Below are positions 25,096 to 36,450 of a DNA stretch of 64,000 nucleotides, one piece after another. The stretch spans positions 11,081,432-11,145,431 of the forward strand of contig NC_092679.1 in assembly GCF_964355755.1 (NCBI RefSeq), read 5' to 3'. Position numbers and translations under genes: made by a program. Numbering within the stretch: the stretch's first letter is position 1; every line of letters starts with the position of its first letter. The notes below the pieces were generated by a model. It was not told the origin of the DNA, did no database searches, and was given only the letters and a program-made list of their open reading frames with translations. This DNA comes from Antedon mediterranea (Eukaryota; Animalia; Echinodermata).

Positions 25096-28000
25096 TTAAA
25101 ATTTAATTTGAATGGCTTCATGATAGCTATAATAAATTGGAATTACTTCAGCATGTACTGAATCAAGACCTTTGCTATAAACGTGATCAATCAATGTATT
25201 GTTTTCAGTGGTGGAACATGTAACATGTTGTCGGTACTGATTCTCTGACATTAAATTATTCACTCTAGAAGATTGTTTGAAAAGATTTTCATTAAAATCA
25301 CCCATTACAATACATTTTGTACTCACTTTTTGTAACTCTTCCAAATATTTTCTCAAATTTTGACAGAATTGATTAATATCATAGCTTGGGGGTCGATAAA
25401 TTACTGACACGGAAACTGAAATTGGACTTGTTATTAAGAATGAAACTGCTTCTATATCATTATTACGTATGTTTAATCTGCTTGTAAACGTGTTCTTGGT
25501 ATACACTGCAACGCCGCCATGAGCCTGATGTTTTATTTTGGAACTCAGATCATTTGTATTGGAATACGAATCATACCTTGCTTGGTGATACAATTTATAC
25601 GGCTCAATACTTACATCAAAAACATCATCATCCTTATTTAACCACGTTTCAGTTAGACATATAATACTAGAATTCATAAACAAATCATTGCACTGAAGAT
25701 CAGCAAAATGTTGTTTAAGCCCTTGAATGTTATGTAACATTATTGAAAATTTAGAATCCGAATCATGACCTTGTTTTTTACATTGTACATATGATTCCAT
25801 ATTATTTAAGCATTTCTTTATGTTTGGATCACAATAAATCAGATTAGGATTAAGATGTTCAATAGTAAGTCCAGATATTGAAGTAACACGACTGAGGGCT
25901 ACGTATGCTTGTCCAGGTGCAAAGGTATTTTTAAGGCAAACTACTGCTTCATTCATTGTCAATCCTTGGACTTTATGAACTGTGCATGCATATGCTAATT
26001 TCAGAGGAAATTGTTTTCGACTGTATTTATTCCCCATAGATTCTTTAAACATTTCAATTGCCTGAACACCGATTTCATTATTATCAAACTTTACTTTAAT
26101 AGATACTGGTTTGGCGTTACGATTGGGTTTGACTATTTCATGAACATGTCCCATACATCCATTCGTTAAGCCTTTTTTAACATCTACATTTTTAATCAAC
26201 ATCACTCTGGCATTAAGTGCAATCCACAAATAATTTAGTAAACTAGTTTGACGTGAATTCCGAGGTTTGTCACAAATTTTGGTCTGTTTCTTGGCGTTTA
26301 CTACACTATCTTCTGCTTCAATGCATACAATGTCTGTACAGGTTTTGTGCAACATTTTTTTATTCCATTCATCAACTTGTTTGTTGCGTGGGTAAATATG
26401 AACAGCATCTTCACATTCTTCACCTGTTTCACGTGATTTCAGAACTAATAAATCGTTATCAGACAAACAATCATGTTTTTCTTTTGTACGCAATTTGTTT
26501 AACAATAAAGCAAATTCTTTATCTTCTTTTTGCCTCATGATTTGATCTAACTGTACTTGCTTAAAGTTATCTACCCACAGTGAGCTTTCCAATGTGTCTT
26601 TATATAACGAACTGCCCATCACTGGGGGTAACTGATAAAAATCACCAACAGCAATTACTGAAATGTTACCAAATGGACTATCGTTGCGTACTTGTTTTAT
26701 TTGCCTTAATCGTCCGTGGATATACCAAAGTAACCTTTGATTTACCATTGATATTTCATCTATAATAACAATTTGCAACTGACGCAACTGATTACGAAGT
26801 GCACTTATTTTTTCTTCTCCAAGTGGTTGATACGGAAGTGAAATATTAATCGGGATAGACAAAGAGCTATGAATTGTTTGGCCTTTAATATTATATGCTG
26901 CGATTCCTGTAGGAGCTAATTTCAATATTGACAAATCATCGGGATTTTCCATAATTTTTCCCAGAATACGTGTCGCTTCATTATAAATACAATTTACCAA
27001 ATGACTTTTTCCTGTACCAGCGCCTCCAGTTATGAAAGTGTAAAATGCTTCAGGTTTTTTACCATTAACTTTGTCTAAACACCATTGTCTTGTCTTATAA
27101 AATATATGTTGTTGTTTTTCATTTAAAGATCGAATCATTTTGTTCAATTCTGGTCTTGGAATATTAGATGAATTAGACTCTACTTTAGATGTATGATTTT
27201 TTGGAAGTCCAAAATCTGGAATGAAAAATTCATCTTCTTCATCATCAACCTCTACATTTGGCTTTGGGTTGTCTAACCTTTCTTTTTCACTTTCTGGACA
27301 TAATAGGCTCCATGCATCTTCTTGTGGTCCAAATTTTGATAAACATTCCTGTGCTTCTTCAACATCATCAGCACTTTTTTCATACTGTTCCATGTTTCCA
27401 TGAACTATTGACTTTACCGTTTGTAATTGACAGCCACATAATTTCACACATCCTTCCTCATGAAATTGTTCGTACGTTTCAAAATTTGGAGGTTTTAACT
27501 GTTCATCTTTTCGAAATGGTAGAAATAACTGAAGTATACTCAAAAAATATTTCTCAGGTGCTGTATCCATTGGAAATCGAGGGTATCTTACTATAGCATT
27601 ACTAGTTCGTGTTCTTTTTTGGATGAATCCCAACTGTTTTTTTAACTGAAATACATTATTTTTTTGTTTATTTCCTTTCATTTCTGATGAACTCAATATT
27701 CTATATTCTGAACAAAATTTTGCAAGGCACATTTTATTAAATTCAGAACTGTTAGGTCGAGCTTTATATTTGTCGATCTTATTTGGCAACCATGCACTTA
27801 CATCATCATCTTCTTTGTTTTTAATTACACTTAGTGGTAAACTCATTCTGACAGGATTAGGTCCTACTGGGATGAATTCAACTTTCCTTGAACATTCTTT
27901 TAATCTTAAACTACAAACACGATAAATACTTTCTTGTGCAGACACTTCTCGATTATTCATATAAACATTACCAAGTTTTCGCAAACTTTGCCTAGCATCT

Positions 28001-31000
28001 TCATTGCCTTCTTTTATTTCTGATGCTGCATGATTTAACAGTAAACCCATTTCACGTTCAGATTTTGACATATATCCTATAACGTAAATTATACATGCAT
28101 ATACATTTGTAATATATTGAATATCCATATTAGCATTCCATGCTCTCAATAATGAAGGATTATATTGATTTACCCACACATCTTGAGGGTTTCTCTTTAT
28201 AACTATTTTTTCCTCAGTAGCTACACAATTATTTGCTTTCTCAAATGCACTCTGTGTAATACCTAAACTTTGGAAAAGTTCTATTGCATTTTTATATGTT
28301 TCTTCATTAGTCACAGCATCTTTTACTGAGGTTAACAGCTCCATTGCTTGTTTATTGTCATCATTATCATCATTGTCTTTATCCACAATTGTAGGTCTCA
28401 TAACAAATGTATTTCCAGAAGGTTGTCTGGGAAAGTTAAATCTGCAATTTGTTCCCTTTTTTTTACATGATTTAGAATGTCTTTTACTGTGAATTTGCAC
28501 ACTTTTAACAATTTCATTCAGTTCACGATCTACAGTTTCACATGGCACAGCACAAGAAATATATTTATCAACAAAATTAATAACTTCATTATCTTTATCT
28601 GTACCAAAAATAGGAGCATTTTCAACCCATACTAACATATGAACATGTGGACTTCCTCTCATTTGAAATTCAATTCGGTAAAAATAATCTACGACTTTAC
28701 CAATAGGCTGTGCTTCAGACAAAATTACATTTTTCAAAAAAGTATGAAAGCGTTTGTCAAACATTCTTGCAACAGTCACCGGATTTGATTTCAACAAATT
28801 ACATTTATCTGCCCATTCCAATTCTTCAATGTTTCTTTGGTCTCCTGACTGATTTAACAATGTCGTCATTATTTCTTTCCAACGGAAGTCAGCACTTGAG
28901 AATGAAAGAAAGAATGTTGGCTTTCCAATCTGTCTAACCATTGCTATTATATCTTTCTGTGTAGCTTGCCAGTACGGTGGAGTTCCACGAATTTGTTTTA
29001 AAAATTTATAACCCCTATCAGATTTTAAAATTTCCTCAATTTTGGCAACATTTTTCAAATCGGATACAGTAACTTTGCTAAAATCATCTTTTTTACTTGA
29101 CCCTTTTCGCAATGCAATGGAAATACTTGATAAAATTTGTTGAAGTTCATATAAAGATTGAGCATAAAATATGTATTCTGTATTTTGTGCAAACCTGTTA
29201 TCTATATGCATTAATCTATTATGAAAATAACGTCCGAGTGTTATTTTAACATCTCTCGTATCATGGAATGTTGGTTGGCCTGTTGGAAATAACACTGGAA
29301 ATGATTTTGCTTCATTGCTTTTATTACTTAATAATGCAATAGGGCTATTATTTTCACACGGTGCACAACAAATTATGTCATTAAAATATTCATCTACCAA
29401 ATTTTGTCGTCTGTCAACAGGTTGAAGACTTGTATCGAAGGTAACACCTACTTCTTCTTCATTTTCTTCTTCTTCATTGTTTTCATTTTCATTAGTAGTT
29501 TCACTTTCGATGTTATCTTCAGATAAATAATTGTGCCATTCTTCATTAATAGCTATATCAAAGTAGCACTTGTTATGATCTTGTAAATATCTAAGAGCTT
29601 GAATAACATTGGCAGTTTTAACAAATTTATATTTGTAATAACCTTTGTAAGACAACTTTCGCTTCAATTTTACAGATATTAATTGATCATCAACCTCTGG
29701 TCTAGGCAACATTTTTACAGTTTCAATAGTATTTGATGGTACACATACGACTGGTCCATGTATTCCATGCTGTCCACCTTTTGGTAAATTAATTAATTTC
29801 ATAAAAGGAATGTTTAATCCAATCAAATGCTGCTCTAAATTATTTAAACACCTGAGCTCAGGAGGAATATCGTATAGTTGTAAATTGTTTGAATTAGCTT
29901 CTGCAGGAACTTTCCCTTTTAGCATTTTCCTGTGGCATGTGAAACAAATCCATAAACGACATCTTGGTGATTCAACAAATTGACAAGGATTATTACATTC
30001 ATTATTACAAATATGCAAATACTTTTCATTTATACAAGCCTTATTTTTGTATTTAGCTTTGATGCACTTCATAACTTGATCTTTAAATAACAATTTAAGG
30101 CATACACAACAAACATATTCAGGACCACGAGAAACTGTTTTCCTGAAGTTTTCTAAAACAAACGCAAAATTAGTGTTTTCTCTTTTGATTTTTTCCCTAT
30201 TCTTCATGTTTTTCTTCATGATTTTTTTTCGGAACCCTTCATCACCATGATACTTTTCTGTAAATTTTTGCTTACACCTTTGCTTAACACTTTCACGGAA
30301 TTTTAAATTACCTTGATATTTCTCAGCCAATTTTAGTTTACAGTTTTGTCTAAATTTCAAATTACTCCGATACTTTTCTGCCAATTTGTCTTTACATTTT
30401 TGTCTAAATTTCAAATTACTCCGATACTTTTCTGCCAATTTGTCTTTACATTTTTGTCTAAATTTCAAATTACTTCGATACTTTTCTGCCAATTTGTCTT
30501 TGCATTTTTGTCTAAATTTCAAATTACTCCAATACTTCTCAGCCAATTTTTCTTTACAGTTTTGTCTAAATTTCAAATTACTCCGATACTTCTCAGCCAA
30601 TTTTTCTTTACAGTTTTGTCTAAATTTCAAATTACTCCGATACTTCTCTGCCAATTTTTGGGTAACGTTTTGTCGAAATGTTGGATCATTGTGATACTTT
30701 TCTTTATTTCTTTGATTATTGTTTTGCATAGTTTTACGCCTAAAGATTGTGTCATTGTTGTATTTATTCTTCTTTATTTCTTTCAAATTTTGCGCAAATT
30801 TTTCATTAAATTTATAATTTAACAAATTGTTGAATTTTTTGGTTGTTCGGTAATCAAAATCTATATTGTAGTTATGTTTAGCTTTATTTCGTACTTTAAC
30901 ATTATATTCAGGTTCACATCTATACTTTTTGTGTTGTCTTTCTCTGTTTTCTTTCCTTTTTTGGAATTTATAATTATCATCACCATATCTTATTTTTTGT

Positions 31001-34000
31001 GCCTCTTTTACTTTACGTTTCTTTTCTTCTCTGTATACAGAATCACTTTGATATTTGTTTCTGATTTCATTTGTTTCTTCTGAATTATTTTTTTCTTCTT
31101 TTTCCCGTTTATTTCTCTGTCGATTCTTTTCTCTTTCTTTTTTAATTCTATAAGATTGTTTTCGTTTTCCGTTCAATATTTTTACTCTGCTTTCTGAAAA
31201 AGGGTTTTCAACAGTTTTACTCTGTTTGTGTTTTGGTTCTATATCTTCAAATGTGTCACAAGTTTCATATCGCGTTTGCTTTCGTTTCTTTGTTGTAGAA
31301 TTCTTTACAGAAAAATTCGCCTCTGTATTTGACAGTTTATTGTGGGATGTCACATTCATATCAACTTTTCCTGTTGTTTCCTGAACATTATTTTGACTAA
31401 CATTGACAGATTCCACTACATTAAAATGCACATTCATGGTGTACAAAATATATATACCATTGTCAGTTGTAACATCATCTATTCTTCCCGGGTTTTTAGC
31501 AGAAAACAATTGCCACGTCAAAAGTTGATCATTAAATGAATAAATATCTGTATTAAGCAAGTTTGCCATTGCACTTATTTCAGTATTGGATGCCCACGTT
31601 CCATTATCCATTACTCTTTTTTTTAACACATATTCCTTAACTGATCTATACTCGTGACTAAATGTATTAATAAACAAGTCACCAGTCTCCAATAAATGAT
31701 TAGTAATTGCTCTTCTTAAAAGAAAATGATTATCTTCAGTACCAGAAATAATGTATGAAATTGCACGATAAAAACAATTACCATCACCTGTAATATTCGT
31801 AATTTGAAGAGGATGTCCAATCTGACTAGCTCTGTTAATACCACAATTCATATCGGTATGTTCACAATGAATGCCTACTTCATTACACATGTTTTTCTTT
31901 TGTGCTTCTGAGATAGGAATAAATTTAAAATTCTCGTCAGGTCTTCTTTCATACTGAACATTAACAATTTCAATATCACTATCACTTTGCCATCCATTAC
32001 TTGATGAGACATGACCTTCTTTATTATGTTTTTTGCCTTTAACGTTAGAATCAATATTCTTGTCTGGTAATCCTGTACTACATTTATATTGATAAGACGT
32101 ACTAGGTTCATCAACATCGACATTTCCAAAGTTGCTTTGTTCACAATTATCATCTAGCACAGAAGCGGAACATAACATCATAGACTTATTTTCAATATTT
32201 ACACCAGTCAGTTCAAACTCGGTGTCATGTAAATTACAGTTCATTGACCTTGCTAATCTTATACAATAGTCGTACACACCTTGCCAAGATGTACTGTAAA
32301 GTAAAATACTCTTTCCATGCTCACTAACACGACCAAATCGATCTCTTGCATGTGGATCAAATATAAGGAAACCATTTACACGTTTAATAATAGAAAATGT
32401 GCTTCTGTTGAAATTCATAAAAAATGCATCATGTTGGTGTAATTCTTGTTCAAGAGCTTGGTTTAATGACAAGGCTCCATACTCAGCCATAAATTCGAGA
32501 TTCCCATCTATTATGCCAAAAACTGATTCTTTGGGAGATATTACAAATGTGTTATCCAAGATATCCAATTCTTTCGGCAGTTCAGAAATCATTAAAAGGT
32601 CCTCGTGCATAGTGGAATCTTTCTGAATGTAACGGTACAACTCGTTTCCAAGAGTCAATATTGTATCAAGGTCTTTGGTGTAAAAATCATTTCCATTCCT
32701 CTTTGTAGAATAAAGAATAGCTACAAGACTATTTGCAACACACTGTTTACCACTTGCAAAGCCAAATCTATAATTCCCTTGATTAAAATTACCCTGTGCT
32801 ACAGTTATATTTTCATTACTATTATATACTTGTAATTCATTTATTGATTGTGTTTTCTGCCTTTTTCGTGTATTTTTTTGTTTTGGTACATCATCGATTA
32901 TCAATTCTTCCGAAAAATTATTTTTTGTTAAAACTTCAATGTCCACATCGATAGTATGTTGGTCACATTTAGGTTTAGTATGGGACCTAATTTTTTTAGT
33001 CATTGCTTTTTTGCATCCGTCATCAATTATGAATACTTCATTTTCCTCAAATTCACAACTTGCACATGTTTGATTTTTATGATCTGTACCATTACTATCA
33101 ATTATTCTACTTCTGTCATTTATTTTGCTATTATGTTGTGCTTTCGCATCGTCAGTCGCTGTGTTGTCGTTTTCTACAGTACATTCTATTTTAAAATCCT
33201 CGTCAGTTTTCGTTTCAGAATTGTCTTTATTACCCATGTTCTTTATATCTTTCATAGTATCGCAATCATTCTTTAAATTCACATTACCTTGTGCTTTTTT
33301 GTTATCAATCTTCTTAGTTTTGACAAAACGACCTTTGTTATTTCGTAAACGTTTCGAACCACCACCTGATTGTTGTTGTATTCCGTTTGTTACTTTTGTA
33401 TTTTTCAAAACATCACACATAGGCCTACCACTGTCGTCAAATATTGTTTGTGAATTTCCCAATACATTCGTTTTAGAATTTTCTTTGTTGTATTCTCTGT
33501 AAGTATTTGTATTCATATTCCATTCCATTTTGTTATTATTTCGTCTTTCATAGAAATCTTTTACACCTTTGCCAATATATTTTACACCTGGTTCTAAACT
33601 TATACCATTTATAACGGGCTTTCTCCTTTTCTTATTTCCTCTATTTTTACATCTTTTTTTTTTGTTGTCGGTTCTTTTCTTTGATCTTACTCTCATCCAA
33701 TCACTACCAAGTAAATCTTCACTTCCTGTTTGTTGACATTTTAATTTGGCATTATTACAACGTTTTTCTTTATTTTTCGTTAATTCTGGAAAGTCTGCAG
33801 TGACAGATTCATCAGGTTCTAGAATCGTATATCTATTGAAATGACAGGGAATACCTATTTCACCCAACATGTTATTAACAAAATTACTATTCCCACACAT
33901 TGAACAAATCCAAATTACCCTGGAATTACATAGTTTGTCTTCAAAAACATCTCTTACACATTTCACATGAAAATATTGACTACAACAGTCACATGTTATG

Positions 34001-34407
34001 CAATTGTCGTCTACTTTCACTTCAATATTACAGAAATCGCATGTATCATCAAACTCTGAAGTGACCTCTGTACCATAAGATAATATGTTTATGATATCAT
34101 CAATTATTCCTTTAAATTCAGTTGTATCTTTCATAAATTCACAATTGACATTACCTGTATCATCATTTCTGTCGTCTTTGACATTCTCAGTTGAACAGCA
34201 TTCATCAAGTAGGTCCAAGATGTCATTAACAACTATTTTAAATTCTGCTGTCTTATCCATAACTCCATTATTAACATTACCAGTTGTATTGACAAAAATC
34301 TGCTTTTTACTTGTAACTTCTTTATTCACATTCTTACACAAATAAATTATCATTGTAAAGATAATCAACAAAAAGATACCAACTAATGTTATGAATTCCA
34401 TATCCAT
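25096..34407 (-). CDS. Helentron Rep-helicase-endonuclease polyprotein (3103 aa) with PHD, tegument-like DUB and OTU domains
   Basis: PHD C4HC3-like at ~33893-34042. QGNFNQG..GKQCVAN..FDPH at ~32195-32810. OTU GDGNCFYRAI..W..HF at ~31410-31810. DUF6570-like at ~29550-29950. Rep FLSFS, YRIEFQMRGSPHVH, YVIGYMSK at ~28060-28990. PIF1 GGAGTGKS, DEISMV, GDFYQLPPV, QFPLKLAYACTVHKVQG, YVALSR at ~25885-27130. APE HNIQGL, LTETW, YRPP, GDFN, IDH, SYH at 25096-25750. Confidence 0.96.
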   Translation of the reverse strand: MDMEFITLVGIFLLIIFTMIIYLCKNVNKEVTSKKQIFVNTTGNVNNGVMDKTAEFKIVVNDILDLLDECCSTENVKDDRNDDTGNVNCEFMKDTTEFKGIIDDIINILSYGTEVTSEFDDTCDFCNIEVKVDDNCITCDCCSQYFHVKCVRDVFEDKLCNSRVIWICSMCGNSNFVNNMLGEIGIPCHFNRYTILEPDESVTADFPELTKNKEKRCNNAKLKCQQTGSEDLLGSDWMRVRSKKRTDNKKKRCKNRGNKKRRKPVINGISLEPGVKYIGKGVKDFYERRNNNKMEWNMNTNTYREYNKENSKTNVLGNSQTIFDDSGRPMCDVLKNTKVTNGIQQQSGGGSKRLRNNKGRFVKTKKIDNKKAQGNVNLKNDCDTMKDIKNMGNKDNSETKTDEDFKIECTVENDNTATDDAKAQHNSKINDRSRIIDSNGTDHKNQTCASCEFEENEVFIIDDGCKKAMTKKIRSHTKPKCDQHTIDVDIEVLTKNNFSEELIIDDVPKQKNTRKRQKTQSINELQVYNSNENITVAQGNFNQGNYRFGFASGKQCVANSLVAILYSTKRNGNDFYTKDLDTILTLGNELYRYIQKDSTMHEDLLMISELPKELDILDNTFVISPKESVFGIIDGNLEFMAEYGALSLNQALEQELHQHDAFFMNFNRSTFSIIKRVNGFLIFDPHARDRFGRVSEHGKSILLYSTSWQGVYDYCIRLARSMNCNLHDTEFELTGVNIENKSMMLCSASVLDDNCEQSNFGNVDVDEPSTSYQYKCSTGLPDKNIDSNVKGKKHNKEGHVSSSNGWQSDSDIEIVNVQYERRPDENFKFIPISEAQKKNMCNEVGIHCEHTDMNCGINRASQIGHPLQITNITGDGNCFYRAISYIISGTEDNHFLLRRAITNHLLETGDLFINTFSHEYRSVKEYVLKKRVMDNGTWASNTEISAMANLLNTDIYSFNDQLLTWQLFSAKNPGRIDDVTTDNGIYILYTMNVHFNVVESVNVSQNNVQETTGKVDMNVTSHNKLSNTEANFSVKNSTTKKRKQTRYETCDTFEDIEPKHKQSKTVENPFSESRVKILNGKRKQSYRIKKEREKNRQRNKREKEEKNNSEETNEIRNKYQSDSVYREEKKRKVKEAQKIRYGDDNYKFQKRKENRERQHKKYRCEPEYNVKVRNKAKHNYNIDFDYRTTKKFNNLLNYKFNEKFAQNLKEIKKNKYNNDTIFRRKTMQNNNQRNKEKYHNDPTFRQNVTQKLAEKYRSNLKFRQNCKEKLAEKYRSNLKFRQNCKEKLAEKYWSNLKFRQKCKDKLAEKYRSNLKFRQKCKDKLAEKYRSNLKFRQKCKDKLAEKYRSNLKFRQNCKLKLAEKYQGNLKFRESVKQRCKQKFTEKYHGDEGFRKKIMKKNMKNREKIKRENTNFAFVLENFRKTVSRGPEYVCCVCLKLLFKDQVMKCIKAKYKNKACINEKYLHICNNECNNPCQFVESPRCRLWICFTCHRKMLKGKVPAEANSNNLQLYDIPPELRCLNNLEQHLIGLNIPFMKLINLPKGGQHGIHGPVVCVPSNTIETVKMLPRPEVDDQLISVKLKRKLSYKGYYKYKFVKTANVIQALRYLQDHNKCYFDIAINEEWHNYLSEDNIESETTNENENNEEEENEEEVGVTFDTSLQPVDRRQNLVDEYFNDIICCAPCENNSPIALLSNKSNEAKSFPVLFPTGQPTFHDTRDVKITLGRYFHNRLMHIDNRFAQNTEYIFYAQSLYELQQILSSISIALRKGSSKKDDFSKVTVSDLKNVAKIEEILKSDRGYKFLKQIRGTPPYWQATQKDIIAMVRQIGKPTFFLSFSSADFRWKEIMTTLLNQSGDQRNIEELEWADKCNLLKSNPVTVARMFDKRFHTFLKNVILSEAQPIGKVVDYFYRIEFQMRGSPHVHMLVWVENAPIFGTDKDNEVINFVDKYISCAVPCETVDRELNEIVKSVQIHSKRHSKSCKKKGTNCRFNFPRQPSGNTFVMRPTIVDKDNDDNDDNKQAMELLTSVKDAVTNEETYKNAIELFQSLGITQSAFEKANNCVATEEKIVIKRNPQDVWVNQYNPSLLRAWNANMDIQYITNVYACIIYVIGYMSKSEREMGLLLNHAASEIKEGNEDARQSLRKLGNVYMNNREVSAQESIYRVCSLRLKECSRKVEFIPVGPNPVRMSLPLSVIKNKEDDDVSAWLPNKIDKYKARPNSSEFNKMCLAKFCSEYRILSSSEMKGNKQKNNVFQLKKQLGFIQKRTRTSNAIVRYPRFPMDTAPEKYFLSILQLFLPFRKDEQLKPPNFETYEQFHEEGCVKLCGCQLQTVKSIVHGNMEQYEKSADDVEEAQECLSKFGPQEDAWSLLCPESEKERLDNPKPNVEVDDEEDEFFIPDFGLPKNHTSKVESNSSNIPRPELNKMIRSLNEKQQHIFYKTRQWCLDKVNGKKPEAFYTFITGGAGTGKSHLVNCIYNEATRILGKIMENPDDLSILKLAPTGIAAYNIKGQTIHSSLSIPINISLPYQPLGEEKISALRNQLRQLQIVIIDEISMVNQRLLWYIHGRLRQIKQVRNDSPFGNISVIAVGDFYQLPPVMGSSLYKDTLESSLWVDNFKQVQLDQIMRQKEDKEFALLLNKLRTKEKHDCLSDNDLLVLKSRETGEECEDAVHIYPRNKQVDEWNKKMLHKTCTDIVCIEAEDSVVNAKKQTKICDKPRNSRQTSLLNYLWIALNARVMLIKNVDVKKGLTNGCMGHVHEIVKPNRNAKPVSIKVKFDNNEIGVQAIEMFKESMGNKYSRKQFPLKLAYACTVHKVQGLTMNEAVVCLKNTFAPGQAYVALSRVTSISGLTIEHLNPNLIYCDPNIKKCLNNMESYVQCKKQGHDSDSKFSIMLHNIQGLKQHFADLQCNDLFMNSSIICLTETWLNKDDDVFDVSIEPYKLYHQARYDSYSNTNDLSSKIKHQAHGGVAVYTKNTFTSRLNIRNNDIEAVSFLITSPISVSVSVIYRPPSYDINQFCQNLRKYLEELQKVSTKCIVMGDFNENLFKQSSRVNNLMSENQYRQHVTCSTTENNTLIDHVYSKGLDSVHAEVIPIYYSYHEAIQIKF
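30290..30665 (-). repeat. 54-bp coding tandem repeat, 7 x LAEKYRSNLKFRQ(N/K)CK(E/D)K
   Basis: Visible in both DNA (period 54) and protein (period 18). Confidence 0.95.
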
Positions 34408-34944
34408 TATTCAAAATTTGTATAAGAAACAAACCTACAAATTTCTTCAAATTAATAAACTTTGTATTCTGCAATTCCAATGAATATTACAATTAAGTTC
34501 TTTTTATCAATTCAAGAAATCCTTGCTAAAACAAAATAAATTATTAAAATTCCAAAAACAATTCAATTATATATTGTCTTTTGTTTCTATGATTTTTAAT
34601 TTTTGTCCTAATTTTTTTTCTTTTAATATATTTTTTTTTTGTCTGCTTTTTTTTCAATAGTTCAATTATACAATTTCACTGAATAAAAAAATTAGCTTCT
34701 GCTTAATATTGGCTTGATGAAATACTCTATATTATTTTTAACTTCTCTTTAATACTTGGTTATGCTAAATAGTTGGTTATGCTAATTTTTATTCTTTTTA
34801 CAATTCTACTTAATAACAGATTCAAATAAAAGTGATCTTTAAATCTTCTTTAATTAATTCTTTTGTAATAAACTCTGTTTAATATTTATTTCTTTATAAT
34901 AAGCTTCTGTTTTATTCTTCAAACTTTTGTTTATATAATCAAAC

Positions 34945-35222
34945 TTTAACTTTACACTTTTGCTTTTGCAAAAATGGTTTTGTAATAAACTTTTGTTTAT
35001 TAGTTGTTTCCTTGTGATTAACTTCTGTTATCTTCAAGGTTTGACACTTTTGCTTTTGCAAAAATGGTTTTGTAATAAACTTTTGTTTATTAGTTGTTTC
35101 CTTGTGATTAACTTTTGTTATCTTCAAGGTTTTACACTTTTGCTTTTGCAAAAATGGTTTGTAATAAACTTTTGTTTATTAGTTTTTTCCTTGTGATAAA
35201 CTTCTGTTTACTTCAAGGTTTT
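34945..35222. repeat. 93-bp tandem repeat, ~3 copies
   Basis: CACTTTTGCTTTTGCAAAAATGGTTTTG at ~34954, 35045 and 35135. Confidence 0.9.
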
Positions 35223-36450
35223 ACTGAATGTTTCAAAGATACTTTTAAAAAATGTTTAAAAAGAAATTGTGCATAAATATTAAAATTCGGTAACCCCTCG
35301 TAGAAACTCTCTTTAGAGAGTGGATCTTTTTCTAAAGACCCGGATCTCTTCTGAGATCCAGTGGGTTTATATAAGACAGTCACCTACAATAAAAGAAAAA
35401 AAAAAGAGTTAGTTATTAATTTTAAGATACACTGTACAGTACTAAGAATTTGTAAAAACACTGATTTATCTACTGATTCAATTTATAATATACACATCCC
35501 CCTTGTGGAATGTAACATGATCTATTGGGCCTAGCAAAACAAATTAGGACCAACTCACTACTAAATTCAGGATAGACCCATTTTATAAAATTGCAAGTTT
35601 GTGTCTGGAGAAACTGACCACCACATTTATGTTAAAAAGGATGATTGTCCCAAATTTTGAAGTAAATTATGATAATATATTTGTGACTTTGGTTTATACA
35701 ATATAAATAAATCACTATAGAAGATATTTTGACCTAAAAATATGTCAAAACTTCATTACATGGAATGTGTCGGAAACAAATTCTTTCATAACAAGTTCAC
35801 CTTCACAATTTTTCAACTTCTACGAAATCAACTTGTATTTTTGTTGCTTTTAATCAAACACTTGTATCAAATGATAATTCACATAAATTGTTATATTGTA
35901 ATATTCAATAAAGTCCTAGTATAAACATATAATCTGAAAATAGGTTTAATTATTCAATGTTCTAATAAAACAGAATTTTATACACAAAAATATTTGGTCA
36001 CTCAGTATTGTAAATTTACAGACAACACATGTTTATCAATTAAGGGAGGGCATAAAGTAAGGAAAATATGTTTTTTCCGTTTTACAAATAATTTTCTAAT
36101 ACTCACAGCTGTAACTGATACTGTATATTTTCTCTACAACTACAATCTAAAATATAAAAGGAAAATCATTAATAATTGCAATAAACAACATTAACACTTT
36201 TTCAAAATCAACATGCTTCTTAATCGAAAAAGTAAGAAATTTCCTCAAAATGACTTTAGGTATGGGCCGGTTGATTGGGGTATACATGTTGTCTTAATAC
36301 TAATTTCATTTAATAATTTATTCACAAACAATAAAATCTGAATTATGTAAATGTTTCATAATAGAAAATGCCTACAAAATGACAGGCAACTGTTCACGAA
36401 GTAAGGAAAATATGTTTTCTCCATTTAACAGTTAATCTACTAATACTCAC

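Noticed and set aside
32195-32810. Endogenous herpesvirus, suggested by the tegument-like domain
   Set aside because: The domain is fused in frame within a Helentron RepHel and no other viral genes are present.
26253-34345. Plus-strand ORFs overlapping RepHel (e.g. 30346-30822)
   Set aside because: Antisense shadows of a long ORF and its repeat; no recognisable motifs.
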